Of a DNA stretch of 64,000 nt, positions 1-13,999 are shown piece after piece. The stretch comes from an uncultured Pseudomonadota bacterium (GTDB lineage Bacteria; Pseudomonadota; Gammaproteobacteria; Steroidobacterales; Steroidobacteraceae). The DNA lies in contig CAWIVS010000002.1 in the NCBI GenBank assembly GCA_963839685.1, positions 358,859 through 422,858 of the forward strand, given 5' to 3'. The position numbers and the translations under genes were made by a program. The notes below the pieces were generated by a model. That model saw only the letters and a list, made by a program, of their open reading frames with translations, made no database searches and was not told where the DNA came from. Position 1 is the stretch's first letter; each line of letters opens with the position of its first letter.

Positions 1-60
1 TCAACACCGCCGCGCCGACGATGAGCAGCATCACGACGAATACCGGCAACTCGCCCACCC

Positions 61-606
61 TCACACCTCGACACGCGCGGCTCGCCACAACAGCCAGCAG
101 CCGAGAGTCTCCAGCGCGAGCAACCATGCCAGCACCGCCGTCGGCACGACGATGCCGGCAGCGGACAAGGCCAGCAGCAGAGCCGGCGGCGCCGCGGCGG
201 CAATCGAACCACGCCACCGCCCGGGCGCGGTGCGCGCCAGCATCTTGCGCTCGAAGGCCACGCGGCGCTTGAGGCGCAACCCGAGGCGCTGTGCCGACTC
301 CGCCAGCAACTCCGGATCCGGTGCGGCCAGCGTCTGCACGAACTCGAACGAAATCCACTCCGGAATATGCAGCGGACGGGCACGCGCCAGCAGCGCCTCA
401 TCGACCCGCAGCCGCTGGCCCGCGCTCCGCACGGCCACGGCGAAATCGATGAGCGCATTGGCCACCTCGCCGAGCTCGCGACTCAGTCGCCGGCGCCGGC
501 CGGCCAGCGCTGTCGGCAGCGCGATGAGGATCGCGACCGCCAGGCAAGCGCCGAGGAGCGCACCATCAACCATCATGCGCGACTCCTGCAAACAGCCAGG
601 CGCCAT
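61..606 (-). CDS. hypothetical integral membrane protein
   Basis: 181-aa ORF with hydrophobic stretches at both ends (LLGACLAVAILIALP; ALLLALSAAGIVVPTAVLAWLLAL). The real start may be the internal MMVDG near 576. No family recognised. Confidence 0.4.
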   Translation of the reverse strand: MAPGCLQESRMMVDGALLGACLAVAILIALPTALAGRRRRLSRELGEVANALIDFAVAVRSAGQRLRVDEALLARARPLHIPEWISFEFVQTLAAPDPELLAESAQRLGLRLKRRVAFERKMLARTAPGRWRGSIAAAAPPALLLALSAAGIVVPTAVLAWLLALETLGCWLLWRAARVEV

Positions 607-772
607 AGGCCTGCCACAACAGGATGGCGATGCATGTCGCGAGCACCGCGATTATCGATCGACGCCACCACGAACGAGGCTGCGCTTCCATGCGAATATT
701 GAAACGCAGAACGCGCGCGCCGTCGCCGCGTGAATCTCCTGCAAATGTTGCGGTTCGAGGCTTGTGCGGCGT

Positions 773-1333
773 TCAGGTCTGAACGACGGTCACGTGTCCG
801 GCCTTGATGGCCTCGTGATTGGCATTCATGAATACGTTGAGGTAGTCAGGATTGGTGAAGGCCAGCTTGAGGAAAGCCACGTGTCCCGGCCCGCCCATCA
901 CTCCTCCGAACCGCACCCTGGCCTGCTTGACGCGCACCGGTTGATAGAAGCTGGTCCTCGGCGGCCGCGCGCTGCGCAAGCGATAGAAAATGATCGCCAC
1001 GATGATGCCCAGCACGGCGCCGATCGCCACCCGGTTCGTGACCATCCACGCCGGGTACTGCATCGACCGGGAGAGCACGTATCCCAGCAGCAATGCCAGG
1101 CCGGTTCCCACCGCAAACACGAACAGCATGGAAAAGAATCCCGGTGGACGCCGCTGCAAGGTCTTGCGACAGGCTGAGCACACCGGAAGCGTCAGATGGA
1201 AGGTGGATTCGGTGCCGCGGATGCCAAAGAAACGCGTGACGCGCGTGTCCTGGACTTCGATTTGACAATTGAGCTCGCCGCAGTTGCAGCAGAACGAGGT
1301 GGGAAACGCGAGTTCTGGAACTTGCGACTCCAT
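773..1333 (-). CDS. hypothetical membrane protein with N-terminal CxxC...CxxC zinc-ribbon-like motif
   Basis: 186-aa ORF. It has CCNCGELNC ... CSACRK cysteine pairs followed by two hydrophobic helices (FFSMLFVFAVGTGLALLLGYVL; AIGAVLGIIVAIIFY). It sits 4 nt downstream of mmsA on the same strand. Confidence 0.45.
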   Translation of the reverse strand: MESQVPELAFPTSFCCNCGELNCQIEVQDTRVTRFFGIRGTESTFHLTLPVCSACRKTLQRRPPGFFSMLFVFAVGTGLALLLGYVLSRSMQYPAWMVTNRVAIGAVLGIIVAIIFYRLRSARPPRTSFYQPVRVKQARVRFGGVMGGPGHVAFLKLAFTNPDYLNVFMNANHEAIKAGHVTVVQT

Positions 1334-1337
1334 CCGG

Positions 1338-2852
1338 TCACTTCATGGTCGGCATCACGAACTCCGCGCTGCCGCCGACGCCTTGAGCGGGCCAGCGACT
1401 GGTCACCGTCTTGAGTCGCGTGTAGAAGCGAATGCCTTCCATGCCATGCATGGCGTGATCGGCGAAACTCGAGCGCCGCCAGCCGCCGAAACTGAAATAC
1501 GCCATGGGCACCGGGATGGGCACGTTGACGCCCACCATGCCGACTTCGATGGCCTGCACGAAGGCGCGCGCCGCGCCGCCGTCGCGGGTGAACACCGCGG
1601 TACCGTTGGCGTACTCGTGCGAATTCACCAGCTCGATCGCCGCCTTGAGCGTGGGTACGCGCATCACCACCAGCACCGGGCCGAAGATCTCTTCGCGATA
1701 TACCTTCATCGCCGGCGTCACGTGATCGAACAAACTACCGCCGAGGAAAAAGCCGTTCTCGTAGCCGGTCACACGATGCCCGCGGCCGTCGACCACCAGG
1801 CGCGCGCCTTCGGCGATACCCGCGTCGATGTAACCGCACACCCGCTCGCGATGCGCCGCGGTGATCAGCGGCCCCATGTCGGCCTCGCCATTCTGCGAAT
1901 GATCGATGCGCAGACTACGCACCCGCTTCGCCAGTGCCTCGACCAGCCGGTCGCCCGTCGCATCACCGACCGCCACTGCGACCGAGATCGCCATGCAGCG
2001 TTCGCCCGCCGAGCCGTAGGCCGCGCCCAGCAAGGCATCGGCGGTGAAGTCCGCGTCCGCGTCGGGCAGCATCACCAGGTGATTCTTGGCGCCGCCCAGT
2101 GCCTGCACGCGTTTGCCGTGCGCGATGCCCTCGCGCGTCACGTATTCGGCAATCGGCGTCGAACCCACGAAGCTGATCGCATTGACTTCGCGGTGCCGCA
2201 GCAAGGCATCAACCGCCACCTTGTCGCCGTTGATCACGTTGAACACGCCGGGCGGCAGTCCCGCCTCGGTGAGCCACTGACCTAACAACAAGGCGGCGCC
2301 GGGATCGCGCTCGGAGGGCTTGAGAATGAAAGTGTTGCCACAGACCAGCGCCACCGGAAACATCCACAGCGGCACCATGGCGGGAAAATTGAACGGCGTG
2401 ATGCCGGCGGCCACGCCCAGCGGCTGGCGCATGGAGAAGCTGTCGACGCCGGTGCCGACGTTTTCCGCGAATTCACCCTTGGTGAGATGCGGTGCGCCGC
2501 AGGCGAATTCGACCACTTCCAGGCCGCGGGTCACCTCACCCGTCGCGTCGCTCACCAGTTTGCCGTGTTCGGCGGCGATGACGCGGGCCAGCTCGGCGCG
2601 CCGCGACTCGACGATTTCCTTGAACCGGAACAACACCCGCGCGCGTTTCAACACGGGCATGTCTGCCCACAAGGGAAAGGCCGTTCGTGCCGCCGCAACG
2701 GCCGCGTCGACTTCCGCCGCCGATGCCAGCGCCACGCGCGCGGCCACCAGTCCCAGCGAGGGATTGAACACGTCGCCCGCACGTCCCGAGGCGCCGGCCA
2801 CGGCCTGTCCGCCGATCCAGTGTGGATAATTGCTGACGCGATCCTGGGTCAT
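1338..2852 (-). CDS. mmsA: methylmalonate-semialdehyde dehydrogenase (CoA-acylating)
   Basis: Intact 504-aa ORF of the aldehyde dehydrogenase superfamily. The MMSDH-typical C-terminus is present ([39 protein letters not shown]), as is the ERCMA catalytic Cys region. Confidence 0.9.
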   Translation of the reverse strand: MTQDRVSNYPHWIGGQAVAGASGRAGDVFNPSLGLVAARVALASAAEVDAAVAAARTAFPLWADMPVLKRARVLFRFKEIVESRRAELARVIAAEHGKLVSDATGEVTRGLEVVEFACGAPHLTKGEFAENVGTGVDSFSMRQPLGVAAGITPFNFPAMVPLWMFPVALVCGNTFILKPSERDPGAALLLGQWLTEAGLPPGVFNVINGDKVAVDALLRHREVNAISFVGSTPIAEYVTREGIAHGKRVQALGGAKNHLVMLPDADADFTADALLGAAYGSAGERCMAISVAVAVGDATGDRLVEALAKRVRSLRIDHSQNGEADMGPLITAAHRERVCGYIDAGIAEGARLVVDGRGHRVTGYENGFFLGGSLFDHVTPAMKVYREEIFGPVLVVMRVPTLKAAIELVNSHEYANGTAVFTRDGGAARAFVQAIEVGMVGVNVPIPVPMAYFSFGGWRRSSFADHAMHGMEGIRFYTRLKTVTSRWPAQGVGGSAEFVMPTMK

Positions 2853-2886
2853 GAAGGCGCGAGTGTAACCCCTATACTGTGCGGCG

Positions 2887-3530
2887 ATGAATCAGCCGAC
2901 CAGTGAATTGCAGAAGCTGCTGCAGCAGCTCGATCAGCAGATCGCGCAGGCCAGCGACGAGTCCACCCGGCAGGAATTGCAGCGCCTGCGCGCGCGTCTG
3001 GATTCGCCCGAGATGCTCAACATGGCGCGCGAGCTGGCCGGCAGTCGCCCCAGCGATCCCGCCTCCCTGGTGCTCGAGTTTCACGATCCCTTGCTGCCCA
3101 ACGCGGTGACCGCCGCCGCCTGTGTCATCGCCGCCGCCACCTGCCTGTTCGCCATCGTGGAAGGCTTCAAGAATGCCCACACCTCGATGGCCGGCAACGA
3201 AATCAACCTGTGGCTGGTGGCCGTGTTTGCCGGCGCGTGTACCGCGATGTTCACCGCGCTGTCGTTCATGCGCACGTTTTCCGTGCGGGTGGATACCGAG
3301 GGCATGGCTTCGCGCAGCATGCGGTGCGCGCTGGAAGCGCCTGCACGTCGGTGCCATGCCGTGGAAGGACATCCGCTCGTTGCACGATCGCAATGCAGGA
3401 TCGCGTGCTGGAAGTGCGCGCCGCCGGCGGCGAGACTTTCGAGATTCCGATGCGGCTGGTGAACTTCGCGATCCTGCGCGAGCACCTGGAGAACATGGTG
3501 CGGCTGTACGGCGACAGGCCAGCGAGTTAG
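2887..3530 (+). CDS. hypothetical membrane protein, reading frame interrupted twice
   Basis: N-terminal coiled segment plus two TM helices in frame 1 (2887..~3310). The plausible continuation [17 protein letters not shown] is in frame 2. The end ([41 protein letters not shown]) is in frame 3, stopping at 3530. Frame changes lie near 3310 and 3390. Confidence 0.4.
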
Positions 3531-3937
3531 AAGAACTTGTCGAGAAAGGTGGCCGTCGAGTCGCTGATGCCGACGATCTTGTTAGTGGCCTGGCGATAGT
3601 ATTTGAAATTCAGCTCAGTCTCGGGCCGCCCATCCTTCCAGTTGGAGAATGGTTTGAGCTCAGCCCGTCCCAGGCGCCGCCTGGCAAGCGCGGTCCGCCG
3701 AACCTCGATGCTCACCCGCGGCGTCTGGCGCTCGACGCTGCGTTTCTTCGCGGTGGCCGCGGCTGCCGTGACCACGCCCCTGGCGATCAGCCCCGGCCCG
3801 CCCTCATTTTCGCTGGCGAAGATATAGATGGTGTCGCCCGGCGCGATGTGCTTGCCGCCGTACATGGTCTTCTGCGCCCGGAAAGTGAATTTCCTGGCCT
3901 TGGTATCAGCGATGTGTGCCTTGATGGCAAAAAACAT
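3527..3937 (-). CDS. hypothetical protein
   Basis: 136-aa ORF with normal composition, convergent with the preceding gene. No motif recognised. Confidence 0.45.
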   Translation of the reverse strand: MFFAIKAHIADTKARKFTFRAQKTMYGGKHIAPGDTIYIFASENEGGPGLIARGVVTAAAATAKKRSVERQTPRVSIEVRRTALARRRLGRAELKPFSNWKDGRPETELNFKYYRQATNKIVGISDSTATFLDKFF

Positions 3938-3955
3938 TCGACCACTGCCTCACAC

Positions 3956-4763
3956 CTATCTGCGACCCCACGCCACGAAGTGGCCGTTGCGAAAACCGGG
4001 TTTGCCGTACGTGAAAGGCTCACCCTCGAGACCCGTGACGCTGCCGCCCGCCGCCAGCAACACGGCATGTCCGGCGGCCGTGTCCCACTCCATGGTGGTG
4101 CCAAGGCGCGGGTAGATATCCGCCTCGCCCGCCGCCACCAGGCAGAACTTGAGCGATGAGCCGATGGAGCGGAATTCCTTCACCGGGTAGCCGGCGAGGA
4201 AGGTATCGGTCTCGGGCGTGCGATGCGAGCGCGACGCCACCGCGGTCAGTCCTTCGGCCGGCGGCGTGCGCGCCCTGATGGGGTTGCCCATCGAGGGCAT
4301 GGTGCCGTCGGGGTCGGCGTCGATTTGGCCCGCCTTCCCGGAACGCACATCGCCCCAGAACAACTCGCGTCTGCGCGGGCGCGAACACCACGCCCATCAC
4401 CGGCTTGCCGGCTTCGACCAGCGCGATGTTCACCGTGAACTCATCGCGGCGGCTGATGAATTCCTTGGTGCCATCGAGCGGATCGACGAGGAAGAACCGA
4501 TCGGTGGATCCCAGCACGGCCGGCACGTGCCCGGCGGCGACGGCTTCTTCGGCCACCACCGGGATCCCCGGCGCGATCGCCGCGAGATCCGCGAGGATGA
4601 TCTTTTCCGCCGCTTCGTCCGCCGCCGTCACCGGCGAGGTGTCGGCCTTGTCGCGCACCACGAACTCCGTGGCATACACGGCCATGATCGCGCCACCGGC
4701 GCGCTGCGCGGTGTAGATCACGGATTGCAACAGGGCGCTGGATTCAGGCACGGCGGGCCTCAT
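3956..4763 (-). CDS. cysQ: 3'(2'),5'-bisphosphate nucleotidase CysQ (inositol monophosphatase family), one frame interruption
   Basis: The N-terminal part is in ORF 4020..4763 (TSPVTAADEAAE, FLVDPLDGTKEF). The C-terminal part is in ORF 3956..4363 (SSLKFCLVAAGEADIYPRLGTTMEWDTAAGHAVL). The frame change is near 4365. Confidence 0.85.
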
Positions 4764-6934
4764 TCATGGCGACGGCCAGCTCGCGCACGTCGGCGCGCGC
4801 AAAGATCTCCGCCGCGCTGGCGGTCATGCGCCGCGTCCAGTTGGAGTATTCGCTGCTGGTGCCGGGAATGTTCACGGGCTCCAGCATGCCTGTCATGTCC
4901 TCGAGTTGCACGGTAACCAGCGCCGATTGGGTCCGGCCGAGATAGACATGCACCGCGCGCGCCAGCGCCGCCGAATATTCGGGCACCGGGCCAGTGTCCT
5001 CGGACCATAGTCCCGCGCGGCGCAGCGCCCGCAGCAGCCGTTCGCGCGCCGCGGCGCGCTCCTCGCGCGAGCGCGTCGCGACCGCCGCGTCCGGATAAAC
5101 ACCAAGCTTTTCCCACAGATCGATGTCATGTCCGCTCCACCAGCCATGCAGGGTGGGCAGATCATGCGTGGTCACGGTGGCGAGCGCATGACGCACGTAG
5201 TCGGCCGGCGCCACGAACTCATTCTCCTTCTGTTCGAACATCACCACCTTGTAGTGATACACCCCGAATTGCGGCAGCGCGCGCCGGATCTCGTCCGGCA
5301 CCACGCCCAGGTCCTCGCCCACCACCAGGCATTGCTGTCGACGGCTCTCGAGCGCCACCACGCCTAACAACTCCTCGAGCGGATAGTGCACGTAGCCGCC
5401 ATCCGCGGACTTGAACTTGCGCGGCACCCACCACTGGCGGAACAGCGCCATGACGTGATCCAGCCGCAGTGCGCCGCAGTTGCGCATGCTGGCGCGGATC
5501 AACGCTACGAAGGGTGCGTAGGCGGTGCGCTTGAGCACGCGCGGATCCTGCGGCGGGATGCCCCACTCCTGGCCGCCAGGTCCCAGCGGATCCGGCGGCG
5601 CGCCGATGGCGGCGCCGGTGCAGTACAGCGTCTGGTCGGACCAGGTCTCCGAACCCGAGGCGTTCACGCCCACCGCATAGTCGCCATACAGGCCGACACT
5701 CAATCCCAGCTCGCGCGCCAGCTGGCGCACGGCACCGAGCTGTTCGGCGGCCAGCCATTGCAGGTAGCCGTGAAAATCCACGTCGTCGGCGTGCGTCTCG
5801 GCGAAGCGCTTCACCGCGGGGCTGTCGGGATGACGATATTCCGCGGGCCAGTTGTGCCAGCCCGCAGCGGTGCCCTGATGCCGGCGAAAATATCCATCGA
5901 TGGCGTCGAACAGCGTGTGCAGCCGCATCGGCTCGCCGCGCTCGCGCAGAAAGTTCCTGCAGGCTGCGGCCCGGGTGGTGTGGCGGCCCAGATGTTCGGT
6001 GCGAAATCTTTCGAAGGCAGCCTGCAACACCGGCATCTTGAGGCTGGCCACCGCCGCGTAGTCCACCTGGGGCGTGGCGCGCACCTTGGCGAGCCTGGCG
6101 TTGAACGCCGGATCGCCCATGATCGCCAGCGCGCGCCGCGAGCCCTGCACCTCGAGCACCGAGGAGACGTCGATGAACATGACGTTCAGCGCGTGGCGAC
6201 TCGAGGCCGAATACGGCGAGAACAAGGTGGGATCCGAGGGAAACAGCGCGTGCACCGGGCTGATGCCGACGAAGCCCGCGCCGGCCGCCGCCGCCAGGCG
6301 CAGCACCTCGGCGAGATCCGTGAAATCACCGATGCCCCAGTTGTGCGCCGAGCGCAGCGTGTAGAGCTGCACGGCCACGCCCCAGAGCCGCGCGCCCCCG
6401 ACCAGGTCCGCCGGCTCGTGGCATTTGTCCGGTGTCACGATGAGCGGCGCACTTTCGGTGCCGGCGAACTCGAGCTCTACGGACAGCCGGTGATAACCCA
6501 GCGGCAGATCGTCCGGCAAAGCGAGGTCGCGCAGCACGAACCACCTGCCATCCTGGCTGTACGAACCGCGCTCCGGCAGGTCCCAGGCAGGCACCTCGCC
6601 GCGGCGCGCGCCCCCGCCTTCCAGCGCCACGCTCCAGCGCAGCAGCGCATTGTGTTCACTCGCAGGCGTGTTGAGGCGCGCCGCGCGCGCGCCGTTGCGC
6701 AGCACGATCGCGTCGCCTAACAACCCTACGGGATGGGCGGCTTCGGCATCGCGGATCTGCGCCTCCAGCGCCGCCGCCTCATCGAGGCGGCAATGCATGG
6801 CGCGCAGGATGGCCGCCTTGGTGGTCAGCGAGAAATGCTTCAGCTCGCCCTGGTAGGTGTAATAGGCATCGCCGATGCCGCGTGCCCTGGCCAGGCGCTC
6901 GATGAGCGGGCGGAATGTCTCGATGGATTGGTCG

Positions 6935-6945
<11 letters not shown>
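4744..6945 (-). CDS. malQ: 4-alpha-glucanotransferase (amylomaltase, GH77)
   Basis: Intact 733-aa ORF with GH77 motifs (LRLDHVMALFRQWWVP, VVGEDLGVVPDEIR, TTHDLPTLHGWW). The start overlaps the end of glgX by 11 nt. Confidence 0.9.
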
Positions 6946-9001
<2,056 letters not shown>

Positions 9002-9005
<4 letters not shown>

Positions 9006-11226
9006 CCCGCGCGCCTCAGGAATACGGCGGACAGCGGGGGCAAGCGAATACGCAGAGCGTGCGGATAGCCGTGCACGGTGTGCGGGAAGGCGTCGTAGGC
9101 CGCCGACGCCTCCGAAGCCCGTGCCACCGAAGCCCGGGAAATCCGAATCGAAGATGACTTCGTAGCGGCCGGGATCCGGCACGCCCAGCCAGTAGTCATC
9201 GCGCGGCACCGGCGTCGCGTTGAACACGCAGACGATGGGTGCGTAGCCCGTGCTCCTGCCGCAGGAAGGCGAACACGCTCTCGTCCGAGTTGTGCAGGTC
9301 CACCCAGCGAAAGCCGTAGCCCTCGCAGTCGCTGGCATGCAGCTGCGGGTGGGTACGATAAAACCGCGCGAGCTCGCGGTTCAGATCCTGCATGACCTTG
9401 TGGCTGGCCTGGCCGAGCAGCGGCCAGTCGAGCTGCTCGTAGTCTCGCCACTCGTGCCACTGGCCGAACTCCGAGCCCATGAACATGAGCTTCTTGCCCG
9501 GATGCGCCGTCATGTAGCTCATGAAGAGCCGATAGTTGGCGCGCTTCTGCCATTCGTCGCCCGGCATCTTGTCGAGCAGCGAGTGTTTGCCGTGCACCAC
9601 TTCGTCGTGCGAGATCGGCAGGATGAAGTTCTCGGTCCACGCGTACATGAACGAGAACGTGATCTTGTTGTGTTCGTGGCGGCGGTAGACCGGATCCTTG
9701 CTGAAGTAACTCAGCGTGTCGTTCATCCAGCCCATGTTCCACTTGAAGCTGAAACCCAGGCCGCCCAGGTGCACCGGGCGCGATACGCCGGGAAAAGCCG
9801 TGGATTCCTCGGCGATCGTCAACACGCCCGGATGCTCGCGATGCGCCACGATGTTGAACTCGCGCACGAACTCCAGCGCCTCGAGGTTCTCACGACCGCC
9901 GTACCTGTTAGGCAGCCATTCGCCGGCATTGCGGCTGTAGTCGAGATACAGCATCGAGGCCACGGCATCGACTCGTACGCCGTCGACGTGGTAACGCTCC
10001 ATCCAGTACAGCGCATTCGCCACCAGGAAGTTCTTCACCTCGTGGCGGCCGAAGTTGAAGATCTTGGTGCCCCAGTCCATGTGTTCGCCGAGGCGCGTGT
10101 CGGCATGTTCGTAGAGCGCCGAGCCGTCGAACTCCGCCAGGCCGTGCGCGTCCTTGGGGAAATGCGCCGGCACCCAGTCGAGCAGCACGCCGATGCCGGC
10201 CTGGTGGCACTTGTCGACGAAGGCCATGAACTCCTTGGGCGTGCCGTAACGCGAGCTGGGCGCGTAGTAGCCCACCACCTGGTAGCCCCAGCTACCGTCG
10301 AAGGGATGTTCGGCCACACCCATGAGCTCGATGTGCGTGTAGCCCATGTCGACGACATAGGGAATCAGGTGCTCGGCGGCCTCGGACCAGCTGTAGAACG
10401 GTGGCTTGCGGTCCCAGGTGTGCCGCCAGCTCGACAGGTGCACCTCGTAGATGTTGATGGGCGCGCGCCGCCAGTCGGTTTGCGCACGGTTCTGCATCCA
10501 GGTGTCGTCGCTCCAGGTGTAGCCGTCGAGGTCCGCGACAATGGACGCCGTCTCCGGCCGCAGCTGCATGCGAAAGCCGAAAGGATCCGACTTGAGGCGG
10601 ATATCACCGTGCTCCGTGCGGATCTCGTATTTGTAGGCCGCACCCTCGCCGATGCCCGGCACGAACAACTCCCACACACCCGAGCTGCCGCGCGCCTGCA
10701 TGGCGTGTTTGCGGCCGTCCCACATGTTGAAGTCGCCGACCACGCTGACGCGTTTGGCATTCGGCGCCCACACCGCGAAGTGCACGCCATTGACGCCCTC
10801 GCGCACCCGCGGATGCGCGCCGAACTTGTGATAGATGCCGTAATGACGGCCCTCGCCGAACAGGTGCAGATCGAAATCCGACAGCTCGTGCGAGAAGAAA
10901 TACGTGTCGTGCTTGATGACTTCGTTACCGTCCGGGAAACGCAGCCGCAGGCGATACGGCACCAGCGGCCGGCGATAGGCGATGCTGCCTTCGAAGATGC
11001 CCGCCTCGTGCACGCGCTTGAGCTCGTGCGCGGTCTCGGCCGGGTCGTCTTCCCAGAACACCGCCACCGATTCGGCGCCCGGTTCGAACACGCGCACCAT
11101 GGCGAGCGGATGCCCCTCGTCGCGCGCGAACTCGTGATATCCCAGCAGCGAGCGCGGCTCGTGCTGCGCCGCCTGCAGCAGCGTGCCGATTTCCGCCTTG
11201 GTCAGTTTGCCGTTCTTGCTAGTCAT
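9002..11226 (-). CDS. glgB: 1,4-alpha-glucan branching enzyme GlgB, two frame interruptions near the 3' end
   Basis: The 676-aa ORF 9196..11226 carries GH13 branching-enzyme motifs (VLLDWVPAHFPKD, HVDGVRVDAVASMLYLDY). The C-terminus continues in two other frames (YAPIVCVFNATPVPRDDYWLGVPDPGRYEVIFDSD, then HGYPHALRIRLPPLSAVFL). Switches lie near 9250 and 9100. The stop at 9002 overlaps the glgX ATG at 9005. Confidence 0.9.
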
Positions 11227-11227
11227 T

Positions 11228-11358
11228 AAATGGGGACATCCCCATTTCCAGGAAATGGGGACAGCCCTATTTTCGAGTCATGCATGTTAAAGGATCGCTT
11301 CATATCGTCTGCAAGATGGGATGTCCCCATTTGCTAGGAAATAGGGAGTGTCCCCATT
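11228..11358. repeat. four short hairpin-forming repeats (AAATGGGGACA / TGTCCCCATTT) filling the glgP-glgB spacer
   Basis: Copies at 11228-11247 (9-bp arms, perfect), 11253-11272, 11313-11332 and 11339-11358 (imperfect). The two left copies share AAATGGGGACA. The two right copies share its reverse complement TGTCCCCATT. Confidence 0.75.
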
Positions 11359-13829
11359 ACATCACCGAGCGGATGTTCCAGATCTTGTCGGCATACTCGC
11401 GCACGCTGCGGTCGCTCGAGAACGGGCCCATGCCGACGGTGTTCAGCACCGCGCGGCGGCTCCACTCCTCGGGCTGTCGATACAACGCGTCGGCCCGATC
11501 CTGCGCCTCGCAATACGCCTTGAAATCCGCGAGCACCAGGAACGGCTCGCCATCGGAGGTCAGCCGGTCCACCACGTGCCGCGCGGACTCATTGTTGCCG
11601 CGCCCGAACGCGCCATTGCGAATCATCTCCAGCGTGTTGGCGAGCTCCGGATTGGCCGCGACGTATTCACGCGGCCGATAACCCGTGATGCGCAGCGCCG
11701 ACGCCTCATCGGCGTTCATCCCGAAGATGAAGATGTTCTCCGCGCCCACCGAGTCGCGAATCTCGATGTTCGCGCCGTCCAGCGTGCCAATGGTCAGCGC
11801 GCCATTCAGCGCCAGCTTCATGTTGCCCGTACCCGATGCCTCCATGCCCGCCGTCGAAATCTGCTCCGACAAGTCCGCCGCCGGCATGATGAGCTGCGCC
11901 AGCGACACATCGTAATCCGGCAGGAACACGCACTTGAGCTTGGTGAGCGTCTGCGGATCCTGGTTGATCGTGGTCGACACATTATTAATGAGTCGGATGA
12001 TGGCCTTCGCCATGACATAACCCGGCGCCGCCTTGCCGGCAAACATCACCGTGCGCGGCACCCAGTGTTGATCCGGGTTTGCCTTGATGCGGTTGTAGCG
12101 CGTGATCACGTACAGAATGTTCAGCAGCTGCCGCTTGTACTCGTGGATACGCTTCACCTGCACGTCGAACAGCGAGTCCACGCTGACATCGATGCCGGTG
12201 CGCCGATCCACTTCCACGGCCAACGCGATCTTGTTGGCGCGCTTGATCTCGCGGAACAGCGCGCGAAATGACGGGTCATCCGCCGCCCAGCGCAGCCGCT
12301 CGATTTCCTCGAGATCATTCTCCCACGCCGAACCCAGCCGCTCCGTCAGCAAACGCGACAGCCGCGGGTTCGATTGCTTCAACCAGCGCCGCACCGTGAT
12401 GCCGTTGGTCACATTGATGAAACGATCCGGAAACATCTGCGCGAAACCCGAGAAGATCGTCTTCTTCATCAGCTCCGAGTGCAGCTTCGCGACGCCGTTC
12501 ACCTTGTGAGACGCCACCACCGCCAGGTGCGACATGCGCACGCGCCGGCCGATACGACTCGCCGATGATCGACAACGTGGTCTTCGCCGCACCATCACCC
12601 TTGAAGCGCTTCTCCACTTCCAGCAGAAACTCTTCGTTGATGCGATAGATGATCTCGAGGTGGCGTGGCAGGAAGCGTTCAAAGAACTGCACCGGCCAGG
12701 TCTCCAGCGCCTCGGGCAACAGCGTGTGATTCGTATAGCCAAACACCCGGCGGCAGATGTTCCAGGCATCGACCCACGGCAGGTCGTATTGATCCAGCAG
12801 CAGGCGCATCAGCTCCGGGATCGCCAGCGTCGGATGCGTATCATTCATTTGAATCGCGAGCGCGGTGGGCAATTCCTCCAGCGTGCGCTCTTCCGCCAGG
12901 TGCGTGGCGAGGATGTCCTGGATGCTGGCGCTCACAAAGAAATACTGCTGCTTGAAGCGCAGCTCCTTGCCCTGCGGCGTCGAATCATCCGGATACAGCA
13001 CGCGCGACAGATTCTTGGCATCGACCTGGTCTTCCACCGCGGCCGAGTAGTTGCCCGCGTTGAAATCCTCGATGTGAAACGGCTGCAGCGCGCGGCCCGA
13101 CCACAGGCGCAGATGATTCACCGTCGTTGAACGATTGCCGGGCACCAGCTGGTCGAAGCCCACCGCGAGAATGTCCTGCGTCTCCACCCAGCGCGAGCGT
13201 GTCGCGCCAGCCACGTCGTGTGCCGTCAACACCCGTCCACCGAAACGCACGATGTAGCGCGCGTCCGAGCGTGGCGTCTCCCACACGTTGTGCAGGCGCA
13301 GCCAGGTCGATGCCGATTCACGCTGCGCGCCATCCGTATCTATGGATTGCGTGAAGATGCCGTAGTCGTAGCGAATGCCGTAACCGGTCGCGGGGTACTG
13401 CAGCGTCGCCAGCGAATCGAGAAAACAGGCCGCGAGTCGACCCAGGCCACCATTGCCCAGCCCCGGATCGACTTCCAGCGCAATGACCGAATCGAAATCG
13501 TGTCCCATGCTGGCAACGGCCGCCCGCGCCTCGTCGATCAGCTCCCCGTCGAGACTGGAGAGCGCATTCAACAGCGAACGGCCCGGCAGGAATTCCAGCG
13601 ACAGGTAACAAAGTCGTTTGACTCTTGCCCGCGCGACACGCCGTTGTGTCGCGAGCCATCGCGCCGACAGGTCCTCGCGCACTCCCAGCGACAAGGCGTC
13701 ATAAATGTCGCGTGGAGTCGCCGTATCGGGCTCTTTGCCGAGACTGCGCGTAAGGCGGTCGTATATCACCGCGCGCAGCGACCCGCGCCTCAGGATCGAT
13801 CCAGCCGTCAACGTCGGCTCATTCAGCAC
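11357..13829 (-). CDS. glgP: glycogen/maltodextrin phosphorylase, one frame interruption
   Basis: The N-terminal 504-aa ORF (12315..13829) and the C-terminal ORF (11357..12769) together give a GT35 phosphorylase. It has the PLP-lysine region EASGTGNMKLALNGALTIGTLDGANIEI. The frame change is near 12550. Confidence 0.9.
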
Positions 13830-13999
13830 TCGAACTACCTTTCACTCTGCGACGAGACATTTCAGGACATTTATTCTTGGCCACCCGACAATGCACACAA
13901 ATGCATGCAAGTTCTATGACCGGGGCTTAAGACCAGTATCATAGCGCGCTGGCGGGACGGCGCTTCGCGCTGCACCAACATGACATCGGATAACTCGGA

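Noticed and set aside
1269-2285. Long ORFs on the strand opposite to, or in alternative frames of, conserved enzymes. Examples: 1269..2285 (+), 5386..6720 (+), 7272..8417 (+), 9250..11229 (+), 41489..42394 (+), 54297..56045 (+), 51874..53037 (+).
   Set aside because: Their products are Arg/Ala/Gly/His-rich with no motifs. They exactly shadow genes with strong family signatures. This is typical of spurious open frames in high-GC DNA.
11228-11358. A CRISPR array (also considered for 28878-28909 and the 250-bp repeats).
   Set aside because: The repeats are too short or too few, the spacers are not of uniform length, and the units are hairpin or gene-carrying repeats. No cas genes are in the window.
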